Of a stretch of 64,000 bases of DNA, positions 28,480 to 38,383 are shown piece by piece (position 1 is the stretch's first letter; every line of letters begins with the position of its first letter). This DNA comes from Alphaproteobacteria bacterium. GTDB lineage: Bacteria; Pseudomonadota; Alphaproteobacteria; UBA828. The stretch spans positions 38,230 to 102,229 of the forward strand of contig CBDCRW010000001.1 of NCBI GenBank assembly GCA_965221125.1, written 5' to 3'. Made by a program: the position numbers and the translations under genes. A model generated the notes under the pieces. The model saw nothing but the letters and a program-made list of their open reading frames with translations, was not told the DNA's origin and searched no databases.

Positions 28480-29013
28480 ATGCCGGGCTATGTGATCGCC
28501 GATGTGACCGTGACCGATCCGGAGACCTACGCCGATTACCGGGCGTTGACGCCGGGCTCGATCGCGGCCTTCGACGGGCGCTTCTTGGTCAGGGGCGGCG
28601 AGCACGAGGTGATCGCCGGCGGCTGGACGCCGGGCCGGCTGGTGCTGGTTGAGTTCGACAGCCTGGCGCGGGCTGCGGCCTGGTACGATTCGCCGGCCTA
28701 CGTGGAGGCGCGGGCGATCCGCCAGCGCGCGTCCACCGGCACCATGGTCATGGCGGAGGGAGACAGAGCGGCGAAGGGCGAGGGCTGCGTCTACGCCATC
28801 GTGCGTCACGGGAGCGATGGCTCCGGCCTCGGCCTCGCGCAAAGCGGGCGCGTCCTGGTCTCGGCGCGCACGCCGGAGATCAAGGAGGGGGTGTGGAGCG
28901 GCGCGCGCCTGTCCGTGCTCGAGTTCGACGACCGCGCGGCCGCGGCGGCCTGGCGCGCGGCGACGGACCTCGGGCAGTCGGGCAGCGAGGCGGTTCTGGT
29001 CGAGGGCGCCTGA
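28480..29013 (+). CDS. DUF1330 domain protein with a second degenerate copy of the domain
   Basis: GRFLVRGG and LVEFDSLARAAAWYDSPAY, echoed by VLEFDDRAAAAAW. Confidence 0.85.
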   Translation: MPGYVIADVTVTDPETYADYRALTPGSIAAFDGRFLVRGGEHEVIAGGWTPGRLVLVEFDSLARAAAWYDSPAYVEARAIRQRASTGTMVMAEGDRAAKGEGCVYAIVRHGSDGSGLGLAQSGRVLVSARTPEIKEGVWSGARLSVLEFDDRAAAAAWRAATDLGQSGSEAVLVEGA

Positions 29014-29029
29014 GCCGGCTTAGGCCCGC

Positions 29030-30247
29030 TTAGGCCGGCGCGGCGACGATGCCGCGGTCGTGCAATGCCCCGATGGCGCCGTCGCCGAGGCCCAGGACCT
29101 CCGCGAGAATCTCGTCCGTATGCTGGCCGAGCCGCGGCCCCGGCCTGACAGCCTCGCGCGGGGCGGCGGCGAAGTCCAGCGGCGAGCCCGGCGTGAGCAT
29201 AGGCCCGATCCCCGGCTGATCGATCCGCTGGAACAGCGGGTTCGCGGTCGAGCAGAAGGGGTCTTCCTCCACCATCTGCGTGTGGGTGCGGAAGGGGCCC
29301 CAGAGCACGCCGGCCTCCGTCAGGCGGGCGCCGACCTCCTCCAGGCTCAACGCCGCGAACCAGGGCTTGAGCGCGGCGCGGAGCTGCTCCCGCACCTTCC
29401 AGCGGTCGGCCTCGTCGGCGAGGTTGACGCCGTGCTCCGACTCGATCGCCTTGAAGGCGTCCGTGAGCCCGCTGGCCTGGCCCAGCGCCTTCACATGGCG
29501 CGGCGTCACCACCACCAGCATCACGCGGCGGCCGTCCCGCGTCGCGAAGTCGCCGCCGAAGGTGCCGTACATGTCGTTGCCGATGCGCGGCCGCTCGGCA
29601 CCGTTGATCTCGACATCGCCGATGTAACCGAGCGAGCCGGTGATGTGATAGGCCACGTCGGCGAGGCTGAGCCGTATCTCCTGCCCTTCTCCCGTACGAC
29701 TGCGGTGGCGCTCGGCCGCGAGCAGGCCGACGGCGGCGGTGAGCCCGCAGGTCAGATCCCAGCCGGGCAGGACGTTGTTGATCGGCTCGTCCAGGTCCGC
29801 CGGCCCGGTGACGAAGGGCCAGCCCATGCGCGCGTTCACCGTGTAGTCGACCGCGACCGTGCCGTCCGGGTTGCCGATGATGCGGAGCATGATGAGGTCG
29901 GCGCGGCGCGCGCTCAGCGTCTCGTAGGAGAGCCAGTCGCCGACCCCCAGATTGGTGAGGAAGATGCCGGCCTCGGGCCCCGGCGCGGTGATGAGGGCGG
30001 CCACCAGCTCGCGCCCTTCCGCCTCGCGCAGGTTGACGGCGAAGGAGCGCTTGCCCTTGTTCATGCCGGCCCAGTAGATGCTCTCGTTCTCGGGCGTGAC
30101 CGGCCAGCGGCGATAGTCGAGGCCGCCGCCGAGGGGGTCGAAGCGGATCACGTCCGCCCCCATCTGGGCGAGGGTCATGCCGCCGAGCGGCGCGGCCACG
30201 AAGGCCGAGCCCTCGACCACGCGCAAGCCCTTGAGGATACCGTTCAC
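29030..30247 (-). CDS. Family III CoA transferase, mesaconyl-CoA C1-C4 transferase (Mct)-like
   Basis: GSAFVAAPLGGMTLAQMGADVIRFD, YWAGMNKGKRS and VDYTVN motifs. Confidence 0.8.
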   Translation of the reverse strand: MNGILKGLRVVEGSAFVAAPLGGMTLAQMGADVIRFDPLGGGLDYRRWPVTPENESIYWAGMNKGKRSFAVNLREAEGRELVAALITAPGPEAGIFLTNLGVGDWLSYETLSARRADLIMLRIIGNPDGTVAVDYTVNARMGWPFVTGPADLDEPINNVLPGWDLTCGLTAAVGLLAAERHRSRTGEGQEIRLSLADVAYHITGSLGYIGDVEINGAERPRIGNDMYGTFGGDFATRDGRRVMLVVVTPRHVKALGQASGLTDAFKAIESEHGVNLADEADRWKVREQLRAALKPWFAALSLEEVGARLTEAGVLWGPFRTHTQMVEEDPFCSTANPLFQRIDQPGIGPMLTPGSPLDFAAAPREAVRPGPRLGQHTDEILAEVLGLGDGAIGALHDRGIVAAPA

Positions 30248-30334
30248 GGCCGCGCCTCCTCGTTCCTACCGCTCCGCCCCGGTGTCGGGGCGGCCGGCGG
30301 TGCGCGCGCTGTGTAGTCGCCATTCAGGCGGCGA

Positions 30335-33300
30335 TCAACCGTCGCTTTCGCTGGGCTGCAGGCGGGGCGCGCGGTCGTCGTCGACGGAGCGCTCTCCCGC
30401 ATCCGGCGCACGGCCGAAGAACGCGGCGATATCGCGCTGGATGGCGATCAGGCAGGGCACGAGGATCAGCACGATCGGCGTCACGCCGAGCAGGCCGAAG
30501 ACGATGGTGACCGCCATCGGCTTCAGGAACTGCGCCTGCAGGCTGGTCTCGAAGAGCAGCGGGGTCAGGCCGAAGATGGTGGTGACCGAGGTCAGGATTA
30601 CGGCGCGCAGGCGATCCCGCGCGCCGCCGACGATGGCCTCGTGCAGCGGCTCGCCGGCCGTGAGGCGGTCCTGCATCGCGCGCACCAGGATGATCGAATC
30701 GTTGACCACGATGCCGGAGAGCCCGAGGAGGGCCACCATGCTGAGCACCGTGAGGTCGTAGCCCAGGAGGAAGTGCCCGGCGACGGCGCCCACCGCGCCG
30801 AAGGGGATCACGGCCATGACCGCGACGGGCCGCCAGTAGCTGGCGAAGACCCAGGCGAGGATCAGATAGATCGCGATCAGGCCGACCATGGCGCCGGTCT
30901 GCATGTCGCCGAGCGTCCTCGCCTGCTCCTCGGCCTTGCCGCGCAGCAGGATGCCGACGCCATGTTTCGCGGCCACCTGCGGCAGCTCCTCGATCTCGAG
31001 CGCGCCGAGGACTTCGTCCGTCGTGGTGATCGATTCGTCGATCTCGCCCGTGACCGCGACCATGCGCTGGCCGTCCTCGCGGCGGATGCGGGCGAAGCCG
31101 GCCTTCTCGTCGAAGCTCACCACTTCGGCGAGCGGCACCTCGACGCCTGCGGGGCTGCGCACGTAGCCGCGCCGCAGGTCGGCTTCGGTCAGCCCGTCGT
31201 GTGGCAGACGCACACGGATGGCGACTTCCTCGTCGCCCCGCGCGAAGCGCTTGGCGATGACGCCCTCGAACGCGGCGCGCACCTGCCCGGCGGCGCTCTC
31301 GGTGGTGAAGCCGAGGGCGCGGCCGCGCGGGCTCACGGTGAGGATCGTCTCCCGCTTGCCGTAGGGCGTGTCGTCCTCGATGTCGCTCACGCCGGGGAAG
31401 CGGCCGAGCAGCGTGCGGACATCGGCCGCCGCCGCCTTGAGCGCGCGGACGTCGTCGCCCGTGACGCGGATGTCGATCTCGCGGCCGGGCGGCCCGGCCT
31501 GGCGCTCGAGGATCGTCATGGTCTCGAGGCCGGGCATGGGGCGGACGCGGCTGCGCCATTCCTCGATCAGCGTCTGGGTGCGGATGGCGCGCTGATCGGC
31601 GGGCCTCAGCTCCACCCGCATGGCGCCGATGTGATCGCCGGTGCCGAGGAAGAACTCGTTGGGGCGGCCCGCAGGCTTGCCGATCTGACCGAGGCTCATG
31701 GCCACGAGGCCGCCGGCGCCGCCGGTCAGCTCCGCCTCGGCCTCGTTGAGCGCGCGCTCCAGCTCGCGCACCATGGCGACGGCGGTCTCGCGCTTGGTGC
31801 CTTCCACGAAGGTGACGTTGGCGAGCACCGAGTCCGATTCCGGCGAGGGGAAAAAGACGAAGTTCACGCGCCCGCCCGCGATCAGGCCCACGAAGACAAG
31901 GAGGAGCCCGATCGCGATGCTCATGGTGAGGTAGCGCCAGGCGACGCAGCCGCTCACGATGCGCGCGAACGGCCCGTCGCGGAAGGCGTTGAAGCGCGGG
32001 TTGAACCAGCGCGCGAAGCGGTTCTCGGCCTGCGGATCGCTCTTCAGCGCGACGCGCAGGTGACCGGGCAGGATCAGGAAGCACTCGATCAGGCTCGCGA
32101 TGAGGACGCAGATGATCACCAGCGGGATCGCGCGGATGATCTGGCCGATCAGGTCCGACACCATGAGCAGCGGCAGGAAGGCCGCGATGGTGGTGAGCGT
32201 CGCCGCCATGACCGGCGCCAGCATTCGCTGCGCGCCGCGCTCGGCCGCGCCCACGGCGCCGGCGCCGGCCGCACGGTGCGTGACCGCGTGCTCGCCCACC
32301 ACGATGGCGTCGTCCACGATGATGCCGACCGCCATGATGAGCCCGAACAGGCTCACCATGTTGATGGACTGGCCAGCGAGCATCATCACGCCGATGGTGG
32401 CGAGCAGCGAGACCGGGATCCCCACCGTGACCCAGAAGGCCACCCGTGCGCTCAGGAAGACGAAGAGGACGATGACGACGAGCGCGAGCCCGCTCAGGCC
32501 GTTGCGGAGCAGCATGTTGATGCGGTCGTCGATGAGCTCCGCCGCATCGTCGTAGTGCTCGACCACCAGCGTCGGCGGCAGCGTCGGCTTCAGCTCGGCG
32601 ATGAAGGTGTCGAGGATATCCGCCTGCTCCAGCGCGTCGGAGGTGGGCGCACGGCGGACCTGCAGCTCGATGGCGGGGTAGCCGGCCCGGAACGCGACCG
32701 CGTCCCGCTCGTTGAACCGGTCGCTGATCGCCGCGATGTCCTGGAGGTGGACCTTGGCGCCGTCTTGGCGCGCGATGACCTCGACCTGGCCGATCTCCTC
32801 GGCCGTTCGCGCGAGGCCGAAGCTGCGGATCTGCTTGTTGGTGCCGGCGGGCACGATGCCGGAGGGCAGGTCGACCGAGCTCTTGCCGATTCTTGCGGCG
32901 ATGTCGCCGAGGGTGAGGTCGAGCTGTCTCAAGTGCCCTTCGCCGACCTCGACCCAGATCTCCTCGCGCCGGCTGCCGAACAGATCGACCTTGTCGACGC
33001 CGGCGGACAGCAGCCGCTCGCGAATGTCCTTGGCGTGGGCGCGGAGCGCGGCCTCGGAGAAGGGCCCTGAGATGACGACGTTGCCGATGCCCTCGTAGGT
33101 GTAGATGCGGGCCACCACCGGCTTCTCGGCGTTCTCCGGCAGCGTCTCGACCCGGTCCACGGCGTTCTCGACGTTGGCGAGCGCGGTATCGAGATCCGTC
33201 CCCGGCTGGAATTCGATGACGATGGAGCCGACGCCTTCGACCGACTGCGAGACGACGCGCTTGACGCCGTCGAGGAAGCGGACTTCCGGCTCGATCGCGG

Positions 33301-33508
33301 CGACGACGTTGGCGTCGACGTCCTCGGCGCTGGCGCCGGGCCAGGTCACGCTCACCGAGATCCAGTCGATGCCGAAGGTCGGAAAGAACTGGGTGTTCAT
33401 GCGCATGAGCCCGAGCGCGCCGAACAGGATCATGAGCACCATCAGCAGGTTGGCGGCCGTGCGATGACGCGCGAAGAACGCGATCAGGCCGCGACCGGGG
33501 CGGGTCAT
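30335..33508 (-). CDS. RND efflux transporter permease (AcrB family)
   Basis: GIIVDDAIVVGE, GIVVNDS and RLRAVILTS motifs; 1057 aa. Confidence 0.95.
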   Translation of the reverse strand: MTRPGRGLIAFFARHRTAANLLMVLMILFGALGLMRMNTQFFPTFGIDWISVSVTWPGASAEDVDANVVAAIEPEVRFLDGVKRVVSQSVEGVGSIVIEFQPGTDLDTALANVENAVDRVETLPENAEKPVVARIYTYEGIGNVVISGPFSEAALRAHAKDIRERLLSAGVDKVDLFGSRREEIWVEVGEGHLRQLDLTLGDIAARIGKSSVDLPSGIVPAGTNKQIRSFGLARTAEEIGQVEVIARQDGAKVHLQDIAAISDRFNERDAVAFRAGYPAIELQVRRAPTSDALEQADILDTFIAELKPTLPPTLVVEHYDDAAELIDDRINMLLRNGLSGLALVVIVLFVFLSARVAFWVTVGIPVSLLATIGVMMLAGQSINMVSLFGLIMAVGIIVDDAIVVGEHAVTHRAAGAGAVGAAERGAQRMLAPVMAATLTTIAAFLPLLMVSDLIGQIIRAIPLVIICVLIASLIECFLILPGHLRVALKSDPQAENRFARWFNPRFNAFRDGPFARIVSGCVAWRYLTMSIAIGLLLVFVGLIAGGRVNFVFFPSPESDSVLANVTFVEGTKRETAVAMVRELERALNEAEAELTGGAGGLVAMSLGQIGKPAGRPNEFFLGTGDHIGAMRVELRPADQRAIRTQTLIEEWRSRVRPMPGLETMTILERQAGPPGREIDIRVTGDDVRALKAAAADVRTLLGRFPGVSDIEDDTPYGKRETILTVSPRGRALGFTTESAAGQVRAAFEGVIAKRFARGDEEVAIRVRLPHDGLTEADLRRGYVRSPAGVEVPLAEVVSFDEKAGFARIRREDGQRMVAVTGEIDESITTTDEVLGALEIEELPQVAAKHGVGILLRGKAEEQARTLGDMQTGAMVGLIAIYLILAWVFASYWRPVAVMAVIPFGAVGAVAGHFLLGYDLTVLSMVALLGLSGIVVNDSIILVRAMQDRLTAGEPLHEAIVGGARDRLRAVILTSVTTIFGLTPLLFETSLQAQFLKPMAVTIVFGLLGVTPIVLILVPCLIAIQRDIAAFFGRAPDAGERSVDDDRAPRLQPSESDG

Positions 33509-33509
33509 C

Positions 33510-34763
33510 TCACCTCACCTGCACCTTGACGCCGGGTCCGATCTCGGGGAAGCGGGTGGTGGCGACGCGCTCGCCGTCGGCGATCCCGCCCGAGACCACC
33601 ACGTCGTTGCCGACACGCGCCAGCAGCGCCACAGGGCGGGGCTCGAGCCGGCCCTCGACCACGGCGTAGACCGTGTCGCCCCCCACCAGCGCCGTCTCCG
33701 GCAGCCGCGCCGCGGCCCGGTACACACGGTCCGGGATGCGAACCTCGACGAAGGCGCCGGGACGCAGCGGCACGCGTGCGCCCGCGTCCTCGATCCGCGC
33801 ATAGACCCGCACACCGCCGCTCGCCGCGTCCACCTCGCCGTCGGCCCGCTGGATCACCGCACGGAAGGGGAAGTTGCGCTCGCCCGCACGCCACGTCACC
33901 TCTACGGGCCGGCCGCGCAGACCGGTGGGAGAGGAGACGAGCCGGCCATAGTCCCCGTCGCTGAGCTGGATGCGGATGTCGAGGCGCGCCTGGTCCAGCA
34001 GACGCACGACACGGTCGTTCACGCCGAGCCGCTTGCCCAATGCCGCCGAGACGTCCGTCAGGTAGCCGTCGAAGGGCGCGATCAGCCGCGTGTTCTCGAG
34101 GTCGCGCTCCGCCCGCTCCAGCGCCACTCTGCTCCGCGCGATCACCGCATCCTGGCGCGCGAGCCGCGCCCGCAGGCCCGCCGCACGCCGCTCCGTCGCC
34201 GCCACCGCCCGCGCCCGCTCGCTGCGCCGCACCAGCGCGTCGTCGACCGTCTTCTGCGCCGCCGTCCCCTTGGCGAGAAGCGCCTCGCGCCGCGCAAGCT
34301 CGCGCTCCGCCAGCGCAAGCTGGGTGCGGTCCTCCGCCAGGCCCGACTCCTCCGCCCCGAGCTCGGCCCCGGTCTCCGCCAGCTGCGCCCGCGCCTCCGC
34401 GAGCGCTGCCTCCGCCTCCGTCACCGCAGCGCGGTACTCGAAGGGGTCGATCTCCACCAGCAAGTCGCCGGCGCGGACCGTGCCGCCGTTCACGAAGTTC
34501 TCGCCCACCGCCACGACAGGGCCGGCGACCAGCGCGCGCAGCTCCACGTCGCGCTGCGCCACCACCTCGCCGTAGGCCGAGATGGAGGGCTGGACGTCCA
34601 GGATCGCCACCGTCGCCGCAGCGATGGGGCGCGCGCGTTCCTCGAACCCCGTGCGCTCGATCTCGGGCTTCGTCGCACGCAGGTAGCCGACCGCCAGCAC
34701 CGCACACACCAGCGTCAGCAGCGGAAGCGCGATCTTCAGAAAGCGATAGCGGCGGCGGGCCAA
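33510..34763 (-). CDS. RND periplasmic adaptor subunit
   Basis: N-terminal TM, GDLLVEID, helical hairpin, IAPFDG and LRPGAFV motifs. Confidence 0.92.
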   Translation of the reverse strand: MARRRYRFLKIALPLLTLVCAVLAVGYLRATKPEIERTGFEERARPIAAATVAILDVQPSISAYGEVVAQRDVELRALVAGPVVAVGENFVNGGTVRAGDLLVEIDPFEYRAAVTEAEAALAEARAQLAETGAELGAEESGLAEDRTQLALAERELARREALLAKGTAAQKTVDDALVRRSERARAVAATERRAAGLRARLARQDAVIARSRVALERAERDLENTRLIAPFDGYLTDVSAALGKRLGVNDRVVRLLDQARLDIRIQLSDGDYGRLVSSPTGLRGRPVEVTWRAGERNFPFRAVIQRADGEVDAASGGVRVYARIEDAGARVPLRPGAFVEVRIPDRVYRAAARLPETALVGGDTVYAVVEGRLEPRPVALLARVGNDVVVSGGIADGERVATTRFPEIGPGVKVQVR

Positions 34764-34842
34764 GGGCGGCCTCTCGATCTCGTCAGGCGCGTGTCACGGA
34801 GGGGATGGTGTGGACCTCGGGTTTCGCGATGTTGTCCATCCC

Positions 34843-34858
34843 GTAAAGAAAGGTTAAC
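34843..34858. promoter_or_regulatory. CtrA-box-like site GTAA-N7-TTAAC
   Basis: One mismatch to TTAA-N7-TTAAC, in the divergent RND/argE intergenic region. Confidence 0.35.
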
Positions 34859-34971
34859 CCATGCGACGCACGGCGGGGCCGGCGGCGCGCACGGTACCCG
34901 CCCACGGGCGGCCTTGTGCCGCGGCCATGTCGCGGCGACAATCCCGCGCCGGCGAACGAATGGTGACGTGA

Positions 34972-36141
34972 ATGTCCAGCACCCATTACGACCCCATCCA
35001 AATGATTGAGCGTCTCGTGTCTTTCGACACGACTAGTCGAGAGTCGAACCTCGCGCTCATTCACTTTGTGCGCGACTATCTCGCCTCTCACGGCATTGAC
35101 TCTACACTTATACATGACGAAACGGGAAACAAAGCGAATCTTTACGCGACAGTAGGGCCGCAAGACGTGCCCGGAATCGCGCTCTCCGGCCATACCGACG
35201 TCGTGCCGGTGGACGGCCAGCCGTGGGACACGGACCCGTTCAGCATCGTGGAGAAGGACGGGCGGCTCTACGGGCGCGGCACCTCGGACATGAAGAGCTT
35301 CAGCGCGATCGCGCTCGCCCTCGTGCCGGAGTTCGTCGCGCGCCCGCTCAAGACGCCGATCCACTTCGCGCTCTCGTTCGACGAGGAGGTGGGCTGCCTC
35401 GGCGCGCCGCTGATGATCGACCGGCTCGGTGCCGAGCTCGGCGTCAAGCCGCACATCGTGATCGTGGGCGAACCCACCAACATGGCGGTGGTGAACGCCC
35501 ACAAGGGCGTCTACAGCTTCGAGACCAGGTTGCGCGGGCTGGAGGTGCACTCCAGCGCCACGCATCTGGGCGTGAACGCGGTGCAGCACGCGGCCACGCT
35601 GGTTCACTTCCTCACCGAGCTGGCGGACGAGATGGCGGGACGGGCGGAGCCGGAAAGCGGCTTCGATCCGCCGTATACGACCGTGCACGTGGGCACGATC
35701 CGGGGCGGCACGGCCCAGAACATCGTGCCGCTCGACTGCGCCTTCACCTGGGAATACCGGCTGCTGCCGGGCGCGGACCCCGACGAGATCCGCACCCGCT
35801 TCGAGCGGTTTGCCGAGGAGACCGTGCTGCCGCGCATGCACGCGGTCGATCCCGGCACCGCGATCGTCACGGAGATCCGCGCCCAGGTGCCAGGCCTCGT
35901 GCCGGAGGAGGGCTCCCCGGCGGAGGCGATCGTGATGGCGCTCGCGCGCACCAACCGCACCGAGGTGGTCGCCTACGGCACCGAGGCGGGGCAGTTCCAG
36001 GAGGTCGGGATCCCGACCGTGATCTGCGGGCCCGGCAGCATCATGCAGGCGCACCAGCCCAACGAGTACATCGAGCTGAGCCAGGTGCGCGCGTGCGAGA
36101 CCTTCATGCGCCGCCTGCTCGACGAGGTGTGCGCGGCCTGA
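34972..36141 (+). CDS. argE: Acetylornithine deacetylase
   Basis: LSGHTDVVP, GRGTSDMK, FDEEVGC, GEPT and QAHQPNE motifs. Confidence 0.93.
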   Translation: MSSTHYDPIQMIERLVSFDTTSRESNLALIHFVRDYLASHGIDSTLIHDETGNKANLYATVGPQDVPGIALSGHTDVVPVDGQPWDTDPFSIVEKDGRLYGRGTSDMKSFSAIALALVPEFVARPLKTPIHFALSFDEEVGCLGAPLMIDRLGAELGVKPHIVIVGEPTNMAVVNAHKGVYSFETRLRGLEVHSSATHLGVNAVQHAATLVHFLTELADEMAGRAEPESGFDPPYTTVHVGTIRGGTAQNIVPLDCAFTWEYRLLPGADPDEIRTRFERFAEETVLPRMHAVDPGTAIVTEIRAQVPGLVPEEGSPAEAIVMALARTNRTEVVAYGTEAGQFQEVGIPTVICGPGSIMQAHQPNEYIELSQVRACETFMRRLLDEVCAA

Positions 36142-36160
36142 GGGCGTTGCGGCCAAGGGG

Positions 36161-36250
36161 AATTCCACAGGTTATCCCAGGGGTTTGCACGAGTTTTCTA
36201 CAGGCTATCCATAGGAATTCCACAGCTTATCCACCGGGTTATTCAGCAGG
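36161..36250 (+). promoter_or_regulatory. Tandem array of about 8 DnaA-box-like motifs with an 11-bp period
   Basis: AATTCCACAGG TTATCCCAGGG GTTTGCACGAG TTTTCTACAGG CTATCCATAGG AATTCCACAGC TTATCCACCGG G TTATTCAGCAGG, compared with consensus TTATCCACA. Confidence 0.65.
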
Positions 36251-36268
36251 GACGGAGGGACGCGAGGA

Positions 36269-38368
36269 ATGGGCGGCGCAAGCTTGGAGCGCGAGGGCGC
36301 GGTCGGCATCATCACCATCGACAACCCGCCGGTGAACGCGATGAGCCCCGGCGTGCCGGGCGCGATCCTGGCGCGGCTGGCGGAGGCGCAGGCCGACGAT
36401 GCGGTGGAGGCAGTGGTCCTGCGGGGCGCCGGCAAGGGCGCGCTCGCCGGCGCCGACATCCGCTCGTTCGGCAAGCCGTGGCCCGAGGGCGAGCCCACGC
36501 TCCGCGATGTGATCGCGGCGATCGAGCGGTCCGCCAAGCCGGTGATCGCCACGCTCGCCGGCTACTGGCTGGGCGGCGGGCTGGAGCTGGCGCTCTCCTG
36601 CCACTACCGGGTCGCGAGCCGCAAGACGCAGGTGGGCCAGCCGGAGGTGGCGCTCGGCTTCCCGCCCGGCGCCGGCGGCACCCAGCGCCTGCCGCGGCTC
36701 GCGGGCGTGGAGGCGGCGCTCGCGATGATCGTGAGCGGCAAGCCGATCGGCGCGCCGGAGGCCGCCGAGAGGGGAATTCTGGACCGCGTGATCGACGGCG
36801 ACCTGCTGGACGGCGCGGTCGCCTTCGCCGGGGAGCGCATCGCCGCCGGGCCACCGCACGCGCTCGCGCGCGAACGCACGCCTGAGCTGAAGGATCCGGA
36901 CGTCTTCGCCGCCACGCGCAAGCGGCTGGAGCGCCGGGCGCGCGGCCAGCGGGCGCCGGTCGCCTGCCTCGAATGCGTCGAGGCGGCGCTGACGCTCCCC
37001 TTCGACGAGGGAATTCGCAAGGAGCGCGCGATCTTCGAGGAATGCATGGCCTCGGCCGAATCGCGGGCGCTCCGCCACGTGTTCTTCGCCGAGCGCGCGG
37101 TGCGCAAGGTGCCCGGTATCGGCCGGGAGACGCCCGCGCGGGCCATCGAGAGCGCGGCCATCGTCGGCGCGGGCACCATGGGCCGGGGCATCGCCACCTG
37201 TTTCGCCAACGCCGGCATCCCGGTGCGCCTGATGGATTCGGACGGGCAGGCGCTCGAGCGCGCCCTGGCCGGGATCCGCAGCGAGTACGAGGGGCGCGTG
37301 GAGCGCGGCCGCATCGGCGGGGCGGAAGCCGAGGCCCGCGTGCGACTGATCGAGCCCATCGAGACGCTGGAAGGCGTCGCCGGCGCCGATCTGGTCATCG
37401 AGGCGGTGTTCGAGGAGATGCCGCTCAAGGAGGAGGTGTTCCGCGCCCTCGATTCGGCGTGCGACGCGGGCGCGATCATCGCCTCCAACACCTCTTACCT
37501 CGACGTGAACCGCCTGGCCGACATCGTGCCCGGCCGCCGGGGCAACGTGCTCGGCCTGCACTTTTTCAGCCCGGCGCAGGTGATGCGCCTCTTGGAGGTG
37601 ATACGCACCGATTCGGCCACGCCCGAGACGCTCGCGTCAGTGCTCGCGCTGGCAAAGCGGCTCGGCAAGATCGCGGTGGTGGCCGGCGTCTGCCACGGCT
37701 TCATCGGCAACCGCATGCTCGAGGGCTACACGCGGGAAGTGCGCTTCCTGCTGGAGGAGGGCGCGTCGCCGGCGGAGATTGATTCGGCGCTTACCGGGTT
37801 CGGGATGGCGATGGGGCCGTGCGCCGTGGCCGACCTCGCCGGCCTCGACGTGAGCTGGCGCAAGCGCAAGGCGGATGCCCACCTGCGCGATCCCGCCAAG
37901 CGCTACTCGGCGGTGGCGGACCGGCTGTGCGAGCTGGGGCGCTTCGGCCAGAAGACCGGCGCCGGCTACTACCGCTACGAGCCGGGCAGCCGCACGCCCG
38001 TGCCGGACCCGGAGGTCGATGCGCTGATCGCCGAGGTCGCGGCGGAGAGCGGCATCGACCGGCGCACCATCGGCGCGAACGAGATCGTGGAGCGCTGCCT
38101 CTACCCGCTGGTGAACGAGGGCGCGCGGATCCTCGACGAAGGCATCGCGCTCCGCGCCAGCGACATCGACATCGTGTGGATCAACGGCTACGGCTTCCCC
38201 CGCTGGCGGGGCGGCGTGATGCACTGGGCGGACGAGATCGGGCTCGCCGCCGTGCACGGGGCCATCGCCCGCCTCGACGAGAGCCAGGACCACTGGGAGC
38301 CGGCGCCTCTCCTGAGCCGGCTCGCTGCCGAGGGCAAGAGCTTCGCCGACCTCGACCGTGCGGCGTGA
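36269..38368 (+). CDS. Enoyl-CoA hydratase/3-hydroxyacyl-CoA dehydrogenase fusion
   Basis: GGGLELAL, PGAGGTQRLPR, GAGTMG, SNTS and GLHFFSPA motifs. Confidence 0.95.
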   Translation: MGGASLEREGAVGIITIDNPPVNAMSPGVPGAILARLAEAQADDAVEAVVLRGAGKGALAGADIRSFGKPWPEGEPTLRDVIAAIERSAKPVIATLAGYWLGGGLELALSCHYRVASRKTQVGQPEVALGFPPGAGGTQRLPRLAGVEAALAMIVSGKPIGAPEAAERGILDRVIDGDLLDGAVAFAGERIAAGPPHALARERTPELKDPDVFAATRKRLERRARGQRAPVACLECVEAALTLPFDEGIRKERAIFEECMASAESRALRHVFFAERAVRKVPGIGRETPARAIESAAIVGAGTMGRGIATCFANAGIPVRLMDSDGQALERALAGIRSEYEGRVERGRIGGAEAEARVRLIEPIETLEGVAGADLVIEAVFEEMPLKEEVFRALDSACDAGAIIASNTSYLDVNRLADIVPGRRGNVLGLHFFSPAQVMRLLEVIRTDSATPETLASVLALAKRLGKIAVVAGVCHGFIGNRMLEGYTREVRFLLEEGASPAEIDSALTGFGMAMGPCAVADLAGLDVSWRKRKADAHLRDPAKRYSAVADRLCELGRFGQKTGAGYYRYEPGSRTPVPDPEVDALIAEVAAESGIDRRTIGANEIVERCLYPLVNEGARILDEGIALRASDIDIVWINGYGFPRWRGGVMHWADEIGLAAVHGAIARLDESQDHWEPAPLLSRLAAEGKSFADLDRAA

Positions 38369-38383
38369 CAGGAGCGGGCCGCC

